DNA of 64,000 bases from Puccinia triticina (Eukaryota): positions 5,394,001 to 5,458,000 of the forward strand of contig CP110439.1 of NCBI GenBank assembly GCA_026914245.1, given 5' to 3'. Of the stretch, positions 39,253 to 52,476 are shown piece by piece. Each line of letters starts with the position of its first letter. Position 1 is the first letter of the stretch. The position numbers and the translations under genes were made by a program. Below the pieces are notes generated by a model, which did no database searches, was not told the origin of the DNA, and was given only the letters and a program-made list of their open reading frames with translations.

Positions 39253-39999
39253 CAGGATGTAAACGGGTCGGGTTCGGGTCAGAAACAGTGCCCGAACCCG
39301 ACCCGAGGTACTGCAGGGTCGGGGCGGGTCGGGTCAAAATTTCAAATAAGCTGCCCGAACCCGAACCCGAACCCGATTGAGGATGATACGGGTCGGATCT
39401 CGGGTCGACCCGGTGCATGGCCATGTTGTTCCTTCCTGGCAATGAGGCTGTACACATAGCCTTGTCATCTGGAAGGGCTCCCTTGGAGGCAGCAAGGCGG
39501 CACAACCTTGTCATCCGGAAGGAATCCCTTCCGGAAAACAGGGTAGTAATGCCTTTCCGCCCAGAGGGGATCCTTGCGGATAGTGAGGATAAAACCTTGT
39601 TGCCCCAAAGAGATGCCCTTGTGGTCCGGAAGGAATCCCTTCCAGATGACAGGTTGGTATAGCCTTGTCGCCTAGGGGCAACCATTCCAGGCGACGACGG
39701 GTCTTGGGTCTCTCTTGGGTTGACCCAACCCACTTGCATGCTGAGATCCAATGGGGGTTGGTGTTTGGCAAGCCAAAGGCAGGGGAAACAGCAAATTCAC
39801 GGCTGTCGGCTGACTTACTTGGGTCATAGTCGGGTCTTCGGGCCGACCCAAAATGAAAAAGACCTGCCCAAACCCAAACCCAATTAAAGGTTGGGTCGGG
39901 GCGGGTCGGGTCAAAATCACAAAAAGGCTACCCAAAACCGCCCCGAGACCCGTTGGGTCTTGGGTCGGTGTTGGGTTGACCCGACCCACTTGCATCCTG
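39253..39999. mobile_element. Composite non-autonomous TIR element (CAGGATG..CATCCTG) with ACCCG repeats and an internal hairpin array
   Basis: Near-TSD AAGTCCGGTT/AAGTTTGGTT. A second right-end copy at ~39720-39743. Hairpin units at 39420-39700. Confidence 0.75.
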
Positions 40000-40091
40000 A
40001 AGTTTGGTTCAAACTTGACACAAGTCCCCCGCTGCGGGGCGCGCCAGCCATTTGGCCGACCTTAACACAAGTGCCAGCCTCCGTGCGGGCA

Positions 40092-40820
40092 CAAAGACTA
40101 GCACAGTGGTATTTGACGTGTTTTTTGGGACCTTCGAAAACTGATTTGTTGAATATTCAAATATTTGGAGATATTTGATGGAAAAACTTCCAAAATACAA
40201 TAAAAACACCAAAAAATTACATTTTTTGTGTTTTTGACTTCTTTTGGCCCATTTCTGGGCCATACAGTTTTGAGGAGGTCATCTGTCAAAAATATCATAG
40301 TGCCAAAGATGCTTACAATATTGCCGGAGGCATATCTCATAATGGCAGACGCACTACATATTCAGAGTGCCGGACACACTTTTGATAGTGGCGGACGCAC
40401 TTTTGATAGTGGCGGACGCACTTTTGATAGTGGCGGACGCACTTTTGATAGTGGCGGACGCACTTTTGATAGTGACGGACGCACTTTTGATAGTGGTGGA
40501 CTCAGCACAGCGCGTGCTCTTTTGCGCCCTGCGTGCTTAGCGTTAGCGCAATTGCGCCTATCTGTGTTAACGCTACACTAAAATCTAAAATTTATCTGTG
40601 CTAACGCTACGCTAAAAGCTAAAATAGCTGTGCACCCTGCGCGCGTAGCGTCAGCGCAGATGCGCGCAATTGCAATAACGCTACACTAAAAAAGAGCGCA
40701 TTGAGCCATTATTCGAATTTATTTGAATATTTGAGCTTAAATTTGCCCGGGAATTATTCGAATCAAATCAAGTACAAATACAAATACTCAAATCAATTCA
40801 ATTCAATGTGCTAGTCTTTG
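40092..40820. mobile_element. 729-bp hAT-type MITE, TIR CAAAGACTAGCACA, 8-bp TSD TGCGGGCA
   Basis: Perfect TIR and TSD (40084-40091, 40821-40828). Confidence 0.88.
40371..40502. repeat. 21-bp minisatellite, 6 copies (CACTTTTGATAGTGGCGGACG)
   Basis: Direct head-to-tail units with no spacers. Confidence 0.95.
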
Positions 40821-41094
40821 TGCGGGCATGCAGCATTTGGCTGGTCCTGAAGCAACCCTTGCATACTAAAACACTTTTCTTGCGTGAGCCAATTCCCAGG
40901 TTTGTCTGGGAGCAGCCTTGTTTGCATCACCATACTCTCAACACTCAACATAATCTTTCTAGTTTTTGATACATCATAGTTCTACATGTTCTGTATTTTT
41001 CAGTATTTTTTTAGTGCAAAATCTTGATTGTTTCTACTGGAAATAAATTATTGAAGTTCATGATTTCAAACTTGGATTTGGCTTGCGCATCATA

Positions 41095-41922
41095 TGACAA
41101 GGACCGTTGTGGAACTCCGACCGGTGCTGGGCCGTCAGCAGTTACTGGAAGTGAGAGTTGCGCTGTGCGCTGCCTTCGCGGTGGTCCGGAAAAGAGATGA
41201 GGAATCGAGGATAGCGGAAGTTGGAGGGGGATTTGTTGAGAGACGACGAGGTGTAGATTCCCGTCGGCGGTAGTTTGTTGTTGAGGATCTGAAGAGGAAA
41301 GGAGTCCGGCAAAGAGGGCCGCAGGATGTGATCTAAAGAAGGGATTCGGGGAAATGTGACTTGAGGTGCTGAGAGTTTGAACTCAGAAGACACGCGGACT
41401 CAGAGAGGGATCAATAAGATTAAGATTCTGGATGGATGATCTGAAAAGCCAAAAGAAAAAGGGTTTAGACGAAGTCCATGCCGCCCCATCATCTGAGTTT
41501 GAGCTGAACTCAGACTCTGGGGACTGTGACATGTTGTGGACAGGTCATCATACACCTGCGCGCCTCTGCGCGCGCAATAACAAGAAGGAAAAGAGAACAG
41601 AACACAACCAAAGAAAACACAAAACAACACACCAACCCACCACATGCATCTCTATCCAAAAGCGCGCATATAAGAAAAAAAGAAAAGACAAGACAAGAAA
41701 GAGAAGGAAGAGAAAAAACAGACAAAAAGAAGGGGAAGAGGGGGGAGAAGATCCTGAAACGCCTTGAGGATCTTGAGGACTGAGTTCTTGAGACTGGGGG
41801 ATGAAAGCTGACTATCTTGAGGACTGCCGGATACACTCTGCGCGCTGCTGATTTGATCTGAATCACCACCTGTACCATTTGGTGCACCACACCGTGCGCA
41901 GTCATACTACTTCTTGTTGTCA
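41095..41922 (-). repeat. Probable solo LTR (TGACA...TGTCA)
   Basis: Terminal TGACAA/TTGTCA inverted ends, CpG-rich relative to flanks. No matching TSD. Confidence 0.55.
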
Positions 41923-43014
41923 AATTTCAAATGTGAAGGGGTGAGAGTACAGCAATAAAAAAATACTGAAAAATCAGGAAGATGGTAAGCTGTCAGATAA
42001 ACAAAAAAAGAAAAAATTCTGATGTGTGGCATAGAAACCAGGAGAGAAAGAGTGGCCTCTATATCACGCTTGGCTCATGCGAGCTTTGTGTTTTAGTTCA
42101 TAAGCCTCTCCGGTGAGACTGGGTTGCCGCCCAGACCCGCTCACCACAAGTGGCTTAGTTAAGCTTGCCATTTGGCTGGCTGAGGCTGGCTCCCCGCAGG
42201 GGAGACTTGCGCCAGGTCGGCAAACCCGTGTGATGAGTTTCCAAGTTTTGGTGGGAGAAAACTTCAAGCTGCACTCACCCATCATCCTCAAAACTTTTAG
42301 GATGTTTGGTAGGGGTTTCTGGAAGAGCTGCATCTTCCTGTTCATCCCACCCAAACTCAGAACAAGTACATAATCTTGTGATTTCATAATGATTTTGATA
42401 AAATCACACTTTGAACTTTTTTTTGCTCAAACAAGCGGTTTGAGCACCCCACACACACCAAAACAAGTCCTCAGGAGCTGAAAACAAACAGTTTTCAAAA
42501 ATCATTATAAAATCAGTGAGGACCAGTACATACATAACACCAAAAGGAAGACAAGAAGCAGGCCTTCATTGTCTGAGAAGGAAATTGGGTGGATGGGATC
42601 AAGAAAGCGGGTACAGGAGGAATAAGACAAAATATACAGTTTTCAGGCCAAATCAGAAAACTCATCATGCGGGAATTTTGACATAAGGTATAGGCCTCCA
42701 CTGGCTTGGACAGCTCCACTGCTTGCTCCCTCTCCCGCCAAGGCCTAGTTAAACTTGAGTTTGGTTGACTTTCCAGTGAGGCGGCACCATTCACAGCTTC
42801 AAAGTTCAGAGCATCCACATCCGGTGCTCGCAGAGGGGCTTGAGAGCATCTCCACCAGGGTCACAAAAAAACAACCCCCACTGCAGTTGCCATCTACGTG
42901 ACTTGACTAAGCCTCCCGGGACTTGGGGTGCAGTCTCAGAGCACCCCAAAGCAAAGCATCTCCCATTCCCAATGAGAGGCTTATGAGTTATTGGAATTCT
43001 TCCGCATGAGAGCT

Positions 43015-43607
43015 TCAGGAAAATTGTGGCTTTTGGCCAACTTTTTTAATCAAATTATGGACATTACACTGTGCAACTGCACATTCATTGTGAGTCAGCA
43101 AGCTGAAGTACAGAGGATAGCCGAGCATCTCAGCTTGGTCAAGTATCTGATGTTTGGGGAATAAGTGCTCACCCATAGAATTTGTGCTGGAGCTTTTGTC
43201 CCGGGCTAGCAAAGTGGTGCAAGACCAGCTGTTTTTATTCAGGATTGCTGTACATCAGACCTTTTTGTTGTTTGGTTCATCAACAAAATACTTCCACACC
43301 CATGATTTGCAAGTTGGTTGGGAAGATTGAGGGCCTTCAGGAGGAGGCTGACTTGACTGAGGGTTATCTTCTGGAGTAGACCGTTTCTTTGAAATCATAT
43401 TGCCTTTATCTCTGTGGGGAAAGTCCAAGTGGGCCACCTGAGTTGGATGGCCTAGCCCAAAATCACCAAGAAGTAGTTTCTACGCAGTGTGACAGCCAAT
43501 CCCCGCGGGAAGTACCCAATATCCGGCAGATAGGGCCCAGGAGTAGGTAATTAGATACCCCACCTTGGTCATACCCACAGGGCACTCACCCGGGGCCCAG
43601 CCCTAGT
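43015..43607 (-). mobile_element. hAT 5'-end relic with decayed BED finger
   Basis: KSWVWKYF..STNSMGEHLFPKH with a stop. TAGGGCTGGGC end at ~43607. Confidence 0.7.
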
Positions 43608-43877
43608 TAAATCCCAATGGTAAAAACCTTTCCTTATACATACATTACTAGACAAGAACAATTTTTATATATAAAATAAGATCAAGCTATCTAACAAGAA
43701 ATATATCTTAGATCACCAGGGGGGAATCTGTCGCACTTTCTAAGAGTGCCAAACTGTGATTTCTTTCTGTAATCTTTCCAGAAGTCAACTGCTTGTGCAT
43801 GTGTAAGTCAAGCCCAAATAATGTTCATCTGCTGTTGAGCTCATAATTAAGTCTTCTCTAACAAATAAATAAGCTAC

Positions 43878-43989
43878 CACCAGGAAAAAACAATGATCAC
43901 TTGCCTACAAGTGACATGAGAAAGTATAAAGGCCCCTTTGTACTTTACTATGTCACTTGCAGACAAGTGATGATTGTTTTTTCCTGGTG
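43878..43989. mobile_element. 112-bp foldback MITE, CACCA ends, TSD TAC
   Basis: Palindromic. TAC at 43875-43877 and 43990-43992. Confidence 0.85.
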
Positions 43990-44400
43990 TACCAGGAAAG
44001 TATGGGGAATATTTGACTTCAATTGAACCAACAATTTCAAAACTACTAGAAGATAGGAGAGGAAAGGTAACAGAAATTCAATTTATATAAACAACACAAA
44101 CTAATGTATCATTCTCCAGAAAACTTTCAATCTGCTTTTTTAAGCCACAAATAACTTTGTGAGGATCACATTCCTCCTTGAAATAAGCAGTTCCAGCACC
44201 CACCATCAAATTCCTCATTTAGTGGGAAAATCTAAGTCAGTTATGTGTGGTATTAGGAGGGCATCCAAGTAGCGTTTTATGGCATCATCATGAGAGCCAA
44301 AGACAAAGAACCCACACTTTTTGCTTAATTCAAGAAATATTTGGAAATCACAGAAGAAAAAGTGTCCCCCAATGATGTCAAAGTGATCATTTGGTAGTTC

Positions 44401-44725
44401 CAACAGTGGGCTTCTATGCTACACTACGCTACAGAGCCACTTTGTGTTAGTGTAGCAGCGCTAACAGAGGCCCTTTTTTCTGTAGTTTTAGTGTGCCACT
44501 ACCCCTGTTACACTACGCCATGCCACGCTACAGCGCTTTTAGCGCCAACAAAATCCAAAAAGCCATTAAAAAACAATGTATCGCAGCGTAGCTTGCCCTT
44601 TTTTGCGCCCTTTCCGCGGAGCGTTAGCTAAGATACCCCACAATTTTGAGCGCTACACCTAATTTTAAGCTAATTCTGCGCTACAACACTCTAACGCAGT
44701 GGTTAGCGTAGCTGGCACACTGTTG
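44401..44725. mobile_element. 325-bp MITE, CAACAGTG TIR, 7-bp TSD GTAGTTC (same group as 15591-16072, opposite orientation)
   Basis: TSD at 44394-44400 and 44726-44732. Shared CCAGCTACGCTAACC subterminus. Confidence 0.88.
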
Positions 44726-47386
44726 GTAGTTCATTGGTAAAGATCTGTGTATTCTCCAGCCTTCTTGAAAGCAAGATGGGGATTGAACCTACCAATTTAC
44801 GGTAATTCAAATAATCATCCTTGTGAGGTTGGTCATTGAAATGGAGATATCCCGTACATCTGAGCAGCAGGAATCACCCGATTACCTCTAGTGGTGTGAA
44901 TTTCTCAATCAAAGATATTTGAGATTGTTAAGCTTTTTTCAATAAGCATCATGAGCCATTTGAAAATGGTGGGAGCAATGATTGGTGTGGGAACATATGA
45001 AACACAACTTCTTTTGCATCTGTGACGGGAGGTGGGTGCCTTTCTTGGCTGGTACCTGTGTGATTGGCCAACTTCTCCTTTGACATTTGCTGAAATGTTG
45101 CTTGGGAGAGGACAGATCATCAAATACAGGCTGATTGTGCTCTTGCACCAGAATTTTCCCTTAGAGTTTTGCATCGGAGGCCAAGGGAGATCTGCTTTAC
45201 AGAAGCATTCTCAGATTCCATGTGTGTGTATTGCAGGGGGGGGTGCGTCAAGATTCTGACCTACTCCTGCCTGGGCGCAAAGTCCGGCCTGGGTACAGGA
45301 AGAAGCACGCCTGGTGAACCCACAAAAAGCACCTTGGGGGTCTCGGGGGAGCCTTCCCCAAAGCCCACCGTGCTGCTGTATGATGCCTGTCCACCCTCAC
45401 ATTCGCGCAAACGTCATGGTGGACATCAGGCACTGTTTAACAAATCTTCAACTCTCCTCCTGACCACTAAAATAAAGCAAGTACCTCTGTTTGTTGAGGG
45501 GGGATGCTCTCCCGCAGGGACCCTCCAAAGGAGGGTCACTGCGGGGTGGCGTCTCACAATGCTTGTCCACCCTCACGTTCACGCAAACGTCACGGTGGAC
45601 ATCAGACATTTTTGAACAACTCCTCAACTCCACTCTAAACCACTAATGTAACCAAGTCCTCCTGTTTGTGGAGGGGGGACGCCGTCCCTTGGGGAACCTC
45701 GCTTCCTTTGGAGGCTTGTGCTTTGCGCAAGTGGCGCTGCACCAGGCCCTCCAAAAAGAGAGATTTTTGTGAAGTTAGTCCTACCCACCAGCTAGATGTG
45801 CTCTTGGAGACACGTGCCATGCAATACCACTGCATCTTTACAGTGAACCATGCTCTGCTTCCCCCAAAATAGAGAATAATTTTACTGCACACAACACTTA
45901 ATTTACAAGTTGACAACCCAATGTCCCTCTGTACATGCATTACCTGGAAAAAGAGCAGAATCAGCCCCCACTTATCTCAGCTTCTATTCATGCTAACAAA
46001 ACAACATATTCCAATTCAAGACAAAGGAGTGCGCAACCACAGAAACAAATAATACAACTAATTGTCATTAATGGAACCGCTGACCCCGTGCTAAGTAGTA
46101 GCAACTGTATTACTGCTTCTTGCAGCTTGAGCCGCATGCCAAGCAAGCAACACATTTTCAGGTGTAGAATCTGATCATGAGATAGGATTACACTTACAAA
46201 ACCTGGACATTCCAAGCATGTAGACTCTATATTTTCTGCTTGCCAATCATTGAGTTGCATAAGTATCCAAGTAATCCCCACTTGATCCCAAGCCCAGTTT
46301 ATTTTTGTTGATCACAAAACAGTGTGTTCCAATTTCCAGGGCGCCTGTTTCCCCTGGAAGGAGCGTAGTGAGTCCAGAAATTGTGAGGAAATGTCCCCCA
46401 TTACAAATACAAGTCGTGACTTTTGCACATAATGTTCCCTTTGGGCTTGTCATGGGCGAGTAAATACATCTGTCCATAACAGAGTCAATACTTGTAACAA
46501 ATGAGAGGATGTCCACCTGCATCTGGAAAATTTTAACCAAAAATTGAAAAGCTGAAAACTTGAAGGAAATTTAAGTGTACCCTCCAATCAAGATGATTTA
46601 AACAAACCTATAGAAGGGCCACAGCATCAGTAAACAAAAGCTGGATTCATCCAAAAATATGCCTCATAATTCTTTTTACTATATTATCCAGAGGCGTTTT
46701 AAGGCATGATTGTTGGTTTAATCATGAATCAAGAAGATCCACATCCTACACAAGTTGGCCCAGAATAGATTTCATCATTGCATAGAAATGGCCATTTTCA
46801 TGGCATAAAGACAAGGTCCCCTTCAACTGATTCCTAACTCAATACTTGATCAACAGAGCAGTTGATCCTACATTAGGCTACAGTTATCCTTGCAATACTG
46901 TGGAAAGTTATACAAGAGTTATGGTAAACTCTAGCATCACATCAGTACCTGGGTCTGATGGAATTATGGTATGGCAATCTGTAGGAAGTGCGACAGATTC
47001 CCCCCTGGTGGATCTTTGTTTTCTTTCATCAACAAGTTATGAGACAATTCATGTAGAAATAACTGATAAAGGCATACTTTAGGTCAGCTACACTGACTCT
47101 AAAGCTGAAAGCAACATCAATAAACAGTGGAGGACTTCCCATCAATCTGCAGCCCCCTGTATAACCATATCTGCAGCCAGAAAAAAAAATTGTGAGGACA
47201 TGCTTTCCCAGGAGCTACAGATCTGGTTCTGCAGGGTGTATAGATTTTGACAGGAAGTCCTCCAGTACATCAATCTGGGTAAAGTTTTGAATGATGGCGT
47301 TCATGATATAGCCCCTGCATTCATGATGTAGCTCTTGCCACATCCCGTGGGAGTCAATGAATCACAGGTGCGGGATACAGCCAAAA

Positions 47387-48333
47387 GGTGTGGACCTACT
47401 CTGAGGGAAGCATAGAGCTTGAGAGGGATTTGGTGCTTGAAGGGCTGCCTCTCAGGGGAACAAGAAAAAGATGTAAGAGTCTGGAATCTTAAGGAAAGAT
47501 GTGGCTATGGAGATTCTTGAGTTATTTCTTAAAGAGTATTTACTTGTATACTAATCTAATCTAATAGTTTTATACTGAATATCAATCTCGTCCAATCTGA
47601 TTTATTGGAATGAGAAAGGCTAATAATTAATAAATGGTGACCAGTTGTCTGAATTCCTGGGGAAGGATCTGATGGGGAACAAGAGATACGGCCAAAGAGG
47701 GCAGACTATATACATCAGGCTGAGTTGTGGTTGGAAGAAAAGATGAAACAGTGAAAATTCACAATCAAGGAGCTCGGGCTGAAACTGTTATGGTGATGTA
47801 AAGTTATGGAAAGAGGCTGGAATGTGGCAACAAAATGAAACATCAGAAGAAAGAGATTACATATCACATGAGGGACTGAAAAGGGAAGGGCTGAAACAAA
47901 AGGGGACAAGTTGTAACCAAGCTGGGATATCTATGTTTATTACGTGTGCAGATAATTCCTGGATTGTGAGGAGAGAAGAATATGATGAATGTCCAGTGTT
48001 TTTCCTAATAGTCTGGCTCTGTCTGATGGGTGAATTCCTCCCGCTTGTGACTATCTGGGTGCTTGAGGAATATTTATTTGGTGTAGGTGGGTATCCAGAA
48101 GCAATGGTGTAAAAATTACAATACATGTATATTTTTATAGGCTATACATTGTATTGTATTTTCATCCAGATACATACAATTACAAGTATTGTAATTGTTG
48201 CATTGTTTCCAGAAGGTGGGGGAAAGGGGGTAAGAGGAAATGGTCCTTGGGTGTGAGTTGTCCTGCAGAGGAGGTCATATTGAGGGGAAAAGCTTTGATT
48301 TTGGTGCTATATTCAGGATTGGTTTACCACAAC
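47387..48333. repeat. Dispersed repeat, copy C, with a ~104-bp insertion at 48102-48205
   Basis: Aligns to 15279-16697. The insertion CAATG..CATTG is flanked by T(A/T)TCCAGAAG. Confidence 0.85.
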
Positions 48334-48700
48334 AGGTTTCACTTGGTGATCCTTATGTCCAATTTTAACCAGAAACTTGGGGAAAGCTTTGCAGGGAAAA
48401 TTTTGCCTTAAAATCTTCCCCACCTTCCTGGAGGGAATCTGTTCTGCCAAATAAACCATCTAATCCCAGAGGGCTTTTCCCCAATGTTTTGGTGCCACTC
48501 AGTCAGCCTGTTGCCTTTTCCTTTAGCTGCAAAAATGTATCAAATTTTCCATTTTCCCCTCCAATTGAACTCTTAAAAAGTGTTTAATCTGCATGAAGCA
48601 TCATGGAAGGGGTCTTGCATATCACAAGTCCATAAATCCAGTGACTCACTGATATCCACAAACTTAACTAAGCTCCTCCCCCCCCCCTGAGGCTTTGCTG

Positions 48701-49411
48701 GAGGGACTTACGCCCTATCATGAATTATTGCGTGACAATATTCTGAGTTTTGGTGGTACTCAACTTTGAGTGCCAAGAACTCAACCTAGATGATTAGCTA
48801 GCAATTCAAAAATTTAATGTATGATAGGCCTACATTGCATCTTTCTTCTGATACAATTTGGGACCATCTCCTCTTCATCTTTGTGCTGATTTTATTTCTC
48901 AAAAACTTCAAAAAAGGTGATTTCCCCAGGCTTGGACCAGATCACAAAACAACAAGTCCATGCGCAATTGTCATCTCTGATACAATGTGATATGAGTACG
49001 TGCACCCTTCTTTTTTCATGTTCTCTATGGCAATCACTTGGCTCTTTTTTTGCCATGCTTCAATGACCTTGCACAGAGAGCAAGGGCTAGCCTTGATCAA
49101 TACTCAACACAGTTGTGTTTTTGGCACTAAGTAATTGGTTGGTCTGTGCTCATAAATCCCTGTGGTATGCTGGGATATGATAGTCATTTTCCTTTTATTT
49201 GAATTATACAAATATTTTTATAAAAACATTGGAGCAAGGATACAAGCAATACAAAAAATATAGAAAATAAGGGGACAAGGAAGCGCATTAGGAAAAATGA
49301 GTTTCAAGAACAGAGGATGAGATCTGCAGGAGTGACAAGGAATATAATGTTTTCACAGATCAAATATCCAAAAGTCTCACATGAGAATTCCTGATAGGGC
49401 ATAAGTCCCTC
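48701..49411. mobile_element. Non-autonomous TIR element (GAGGGACTTA(C/T)GCCCTATCA)
   Basis: 20-bp inverted termini. TSD not evident. Confidence 0.6.
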
Positions 49412-49423
49412 AGGCGGGACTTA

Positions 49424-49632
49424 GGGCCTGTACCATGGGCCTCAATTTTGAAAAATTTCAACTTTTTTTGCCCTGTATGCAAAAATTGGAAACTAACAGA
49501 GGGTTCAAATGTTGAAATTCTTCACATTTGTGCTCCAGCCTACATTTTGGCCAGGCTCAGTTTTTGTCCCAAGAAATTTTGAGGCAAATAAATTTTGAAA
49601 ATTTCAATTTTCATGCTCTATGGTACAGGCCC
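49424..49632. mobile_element. 209-bp PIF/Harbinger (Tourist-like) MITE
   Basis: TTA|GGGCCTGTACCAT ... ATGGTACAGGCCC|TTA. Confidence 0.9.
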
Positions 49633-49818
49633 TTAGTTAAGTTTGGATATCCAAGCAACGCAACCTTGACTTTTTCACAATGTGAGACGCATTGGTTTCA
49701 TACTCTTCAACTGAATAATGGAAGTTTTGAAGAAATGATTGAAAGAGAATCAAAATGTACATGAGGTAGAAAATTGAACGTCGAGACTGGATGCAATTTA
49801 AAAATGGGAAGAGGGCTT

Positions 49819-51625
49819 TCATTTCTGCTTGTTCTCAGCTTCCTGCATCAATTTTTCGCAGAGGTGCCAAAACTGTCGGCCCAATTTTCCCTCATGATCC
49901 TCCGCAAGAAAACTCTTGCGACCCACTTGGCCATATGGCACCAAGTAAGCCGCCCTGGAAAATGTGTTTCAAATCAGTTGATAATTAAATTGCATTAGTG
50001 ATATCGATTTAGTCGAAAAGCTTAAAAAATATGTGAAAGAAGACTACAGACCTGAGTCTCTTGCTCTCGATCTCAGGAGAGGTGGCCGCATATAATTGAG
50101 TTAGTGCTCCCTCAGATGGGCGGGCAATGATGTAACTACCGAATTCCTGTAAAAGGGGGGGGTGTTACTATCATGTACACGGATGACCACTGAATATGCG
50201 GAGCTGAAAGGGAAAAGTTATTTACCGCATACAAATTGGCAATTGAATTGCTGACAATGCCTGTGTAATTTTTCCAAAAAGAAAAAAAAGTTAGCCTTGC
50301 CCCCTGCTAACTGAGCAAAAAAAGTTTGACGAATGCAGACCTCGGGTGAGTTGTGAAGCGACTACACCTGGATGCTAAGGAAATTAGCAATTATTTCAGT
50401 GGGTCATCAAACGCATATATCACCCCCAGGAAAATCAGTAACAATGGCTCACCACCGACAGGCAATAGATATTGGAATCGGAGAGCCTTTTCTGGAGTTC
50501 ATTGGTCAACAAGATGTTCTGAATGCATGCAAATATTTCGGTCAGATTCGATGTAATCGACAATGTGGTGTTTTAAGTGATTTAAGTGATTGAAAGATGG
50601 GTGAATAACATTGAGCTTGCTATGACCATATCTGCCCATCGGCCAATCGTTTGGCCGATTTATTCCCTCGAGGCTAGATAGGTCGGGATCGGTGGCGGTT
50701 ACGTGAGCTATGCTGGACACGTTAACGATGCGGACATGAGCGTCCGAGACTGATGAAGCCGTTCTCTTGAGGATTGGTAAGAGGTGAGAGGTCAACGCAA
50801 AATGGCCAGTTGCGTTGCAAGCTTGTACCTCGATCCCATCCGGACTGAGCTCGTATCTGGTGCCCATCTATCCCAGGTAAAAGATTCGAAGGTTGAGAAG
50901 ATGGTAGCTCGGGCCTATATATCTTAGAAGGAGAGACCCACCACTCCAGCATTGTTGATGAGCATATCCAGGCGAGACTCTTTGCTCATGAATTCCTCGG
51001 CTGCAGCTTTCGCAGAAGATAAGATCGTTAGGTCGAAGTGGATAAACCCAAGTTGCGCATCGGGTACGAGTTGCTTGATCTCTTCAATGGCTGATTTTGC
51101 CCGAGATTCTGTTCTGGACGCCAGACTAGGAGATGGACCTTGGTTAGTGTCGAAAACAGTGGTCGAACTTCGAAGTCCGGAATTGATACGGCTCATGGGT
51201 GGAAAGGCCGAGAGGTGAATAGAGGTCGTAGAGGATCAAGTTACTTACTAGACCTTTGCTCCTCGACGAGCCAGTTCTAGGCAAGTGACAAAGCCGATGC
51301 CTAGGTTGCCACCTGGACATTCCATGGCAAAAGTTAATAGGAAAAATTACTAGAGTGTTCGATGCTTGGTCAATAGGTTTGCCCTCGCGAGACAATCGAT
51401 TTACCTGTGACTATCGCAACTCGTCCTGAGTAAAAGAGCAAAAGGAAGCAAGTTTGAGCTACTTATCAGCTGAACGAGTGATAACCGTCATATATACTCA
51501 CCTGATAAGTCTGGCATTTCCTTGACACTCCAACGCCAGCGGAAAGGCGGCACATTGGCATAGATAAACCCGATGAAGGCGTCGAATAGAGCATGGAGAA
51601 GTCCAACAAAAACGGCGGTCTGCAT
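49819..51625 (-). CDS. Short-chain dehydrogenase/reductase (retinol dehydrogenase-like), multi-exon
   Basis: Spliced VAIVTGGNLGIG, INNAG, NATGHFALT, VNVSS, YGHSK, GALTQLYAATSPE. Confidence 0.92.
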
Positions 51626-52476
51626 TCTGATTAAGAAACGAAGATAAAAACGATTAGCCCTCTTTATGTACTGTAGTGCAAGCAAAACAAATCCCACTGA
51701 GCACGTTTATATGTCGATATTGAATATTCAGGCAGGGGGCGACTTCAAAAGTGCAACCAAAGGGATCTGGCGTGTGATCTGAGGGCAAGTGGATATTTTC
51801 AGAGCATGGTCGTGCTCACATCGCCTGCAGTGCTCGGGTCGGTCGATCGAAGGCCAGACGAGGAAAACCTTTGTTGACCATCGGCTACGTAATTCGATCG
51901 CCTTCTTAATCCCGCCACCAAGCCTTCCTCTGAGGCCCTGCTTCGGAAAAAGCTTTCGGGGCCGCGGCCTATCATTTCATCAACCCATAGAACCCTCAAC
52001 GCCACATCCACGTCCCAGGTTTAGGCGACGTTTTTCTTGCCCGGGCGTCGACGAAACCCTTGAGATTTCCTTGATCGCTCAAGTGAGCGCTGGCTCAGAC
52101 AATCCTTGGCGCGGCACGACTTGACTGCAACGACTTCACTTGTGCTGCCTCCAGGTTTTTACAAACATGAATGTCGTCGAAACCTTTCGGTACTGACTTC
52201 GAGGCACGTCGCGGAAAATGTCTGGTGATTTTGTGCAAAGGTCGTTTGCACTTGCTATTGGGCCGACATGTTCCAGACGGACAAACTGCAGAACGAGTAC
52301 AGCAGCTGAAACTAGGTGAAAAGCTTATTTTATCTTTCGTTGACACAAGCATGCCTTTAAATTCGGCGAACTTCCCTATGTTTCCCGCGTCCACCCAGTG
52401 TACTCTCCTGTGCTCTCACCCTTTCTAAAATTCCACTCTCTTCCGACCGCTTACCTTAAGATTACCAGAGACAACG

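Larger units (their letters stand above)
43714..47010. mobile_element. CACCA-ended TIR element, 3-bp TSD GAT (CACTA/CMC-like), decayed interior with nested MITEs
   Basis: CACCAGGGGGGAATCTGTCGCACTT inverted at 46986-47010. GAT on both sides. Confidence 0.88.

Noticed and set aside
40371..40502. CRISPR array
   Set aside because: Units are head-to-tail with no unique spacers, there are no cas genes and the context is eukaryotic. It is a minisatellite.
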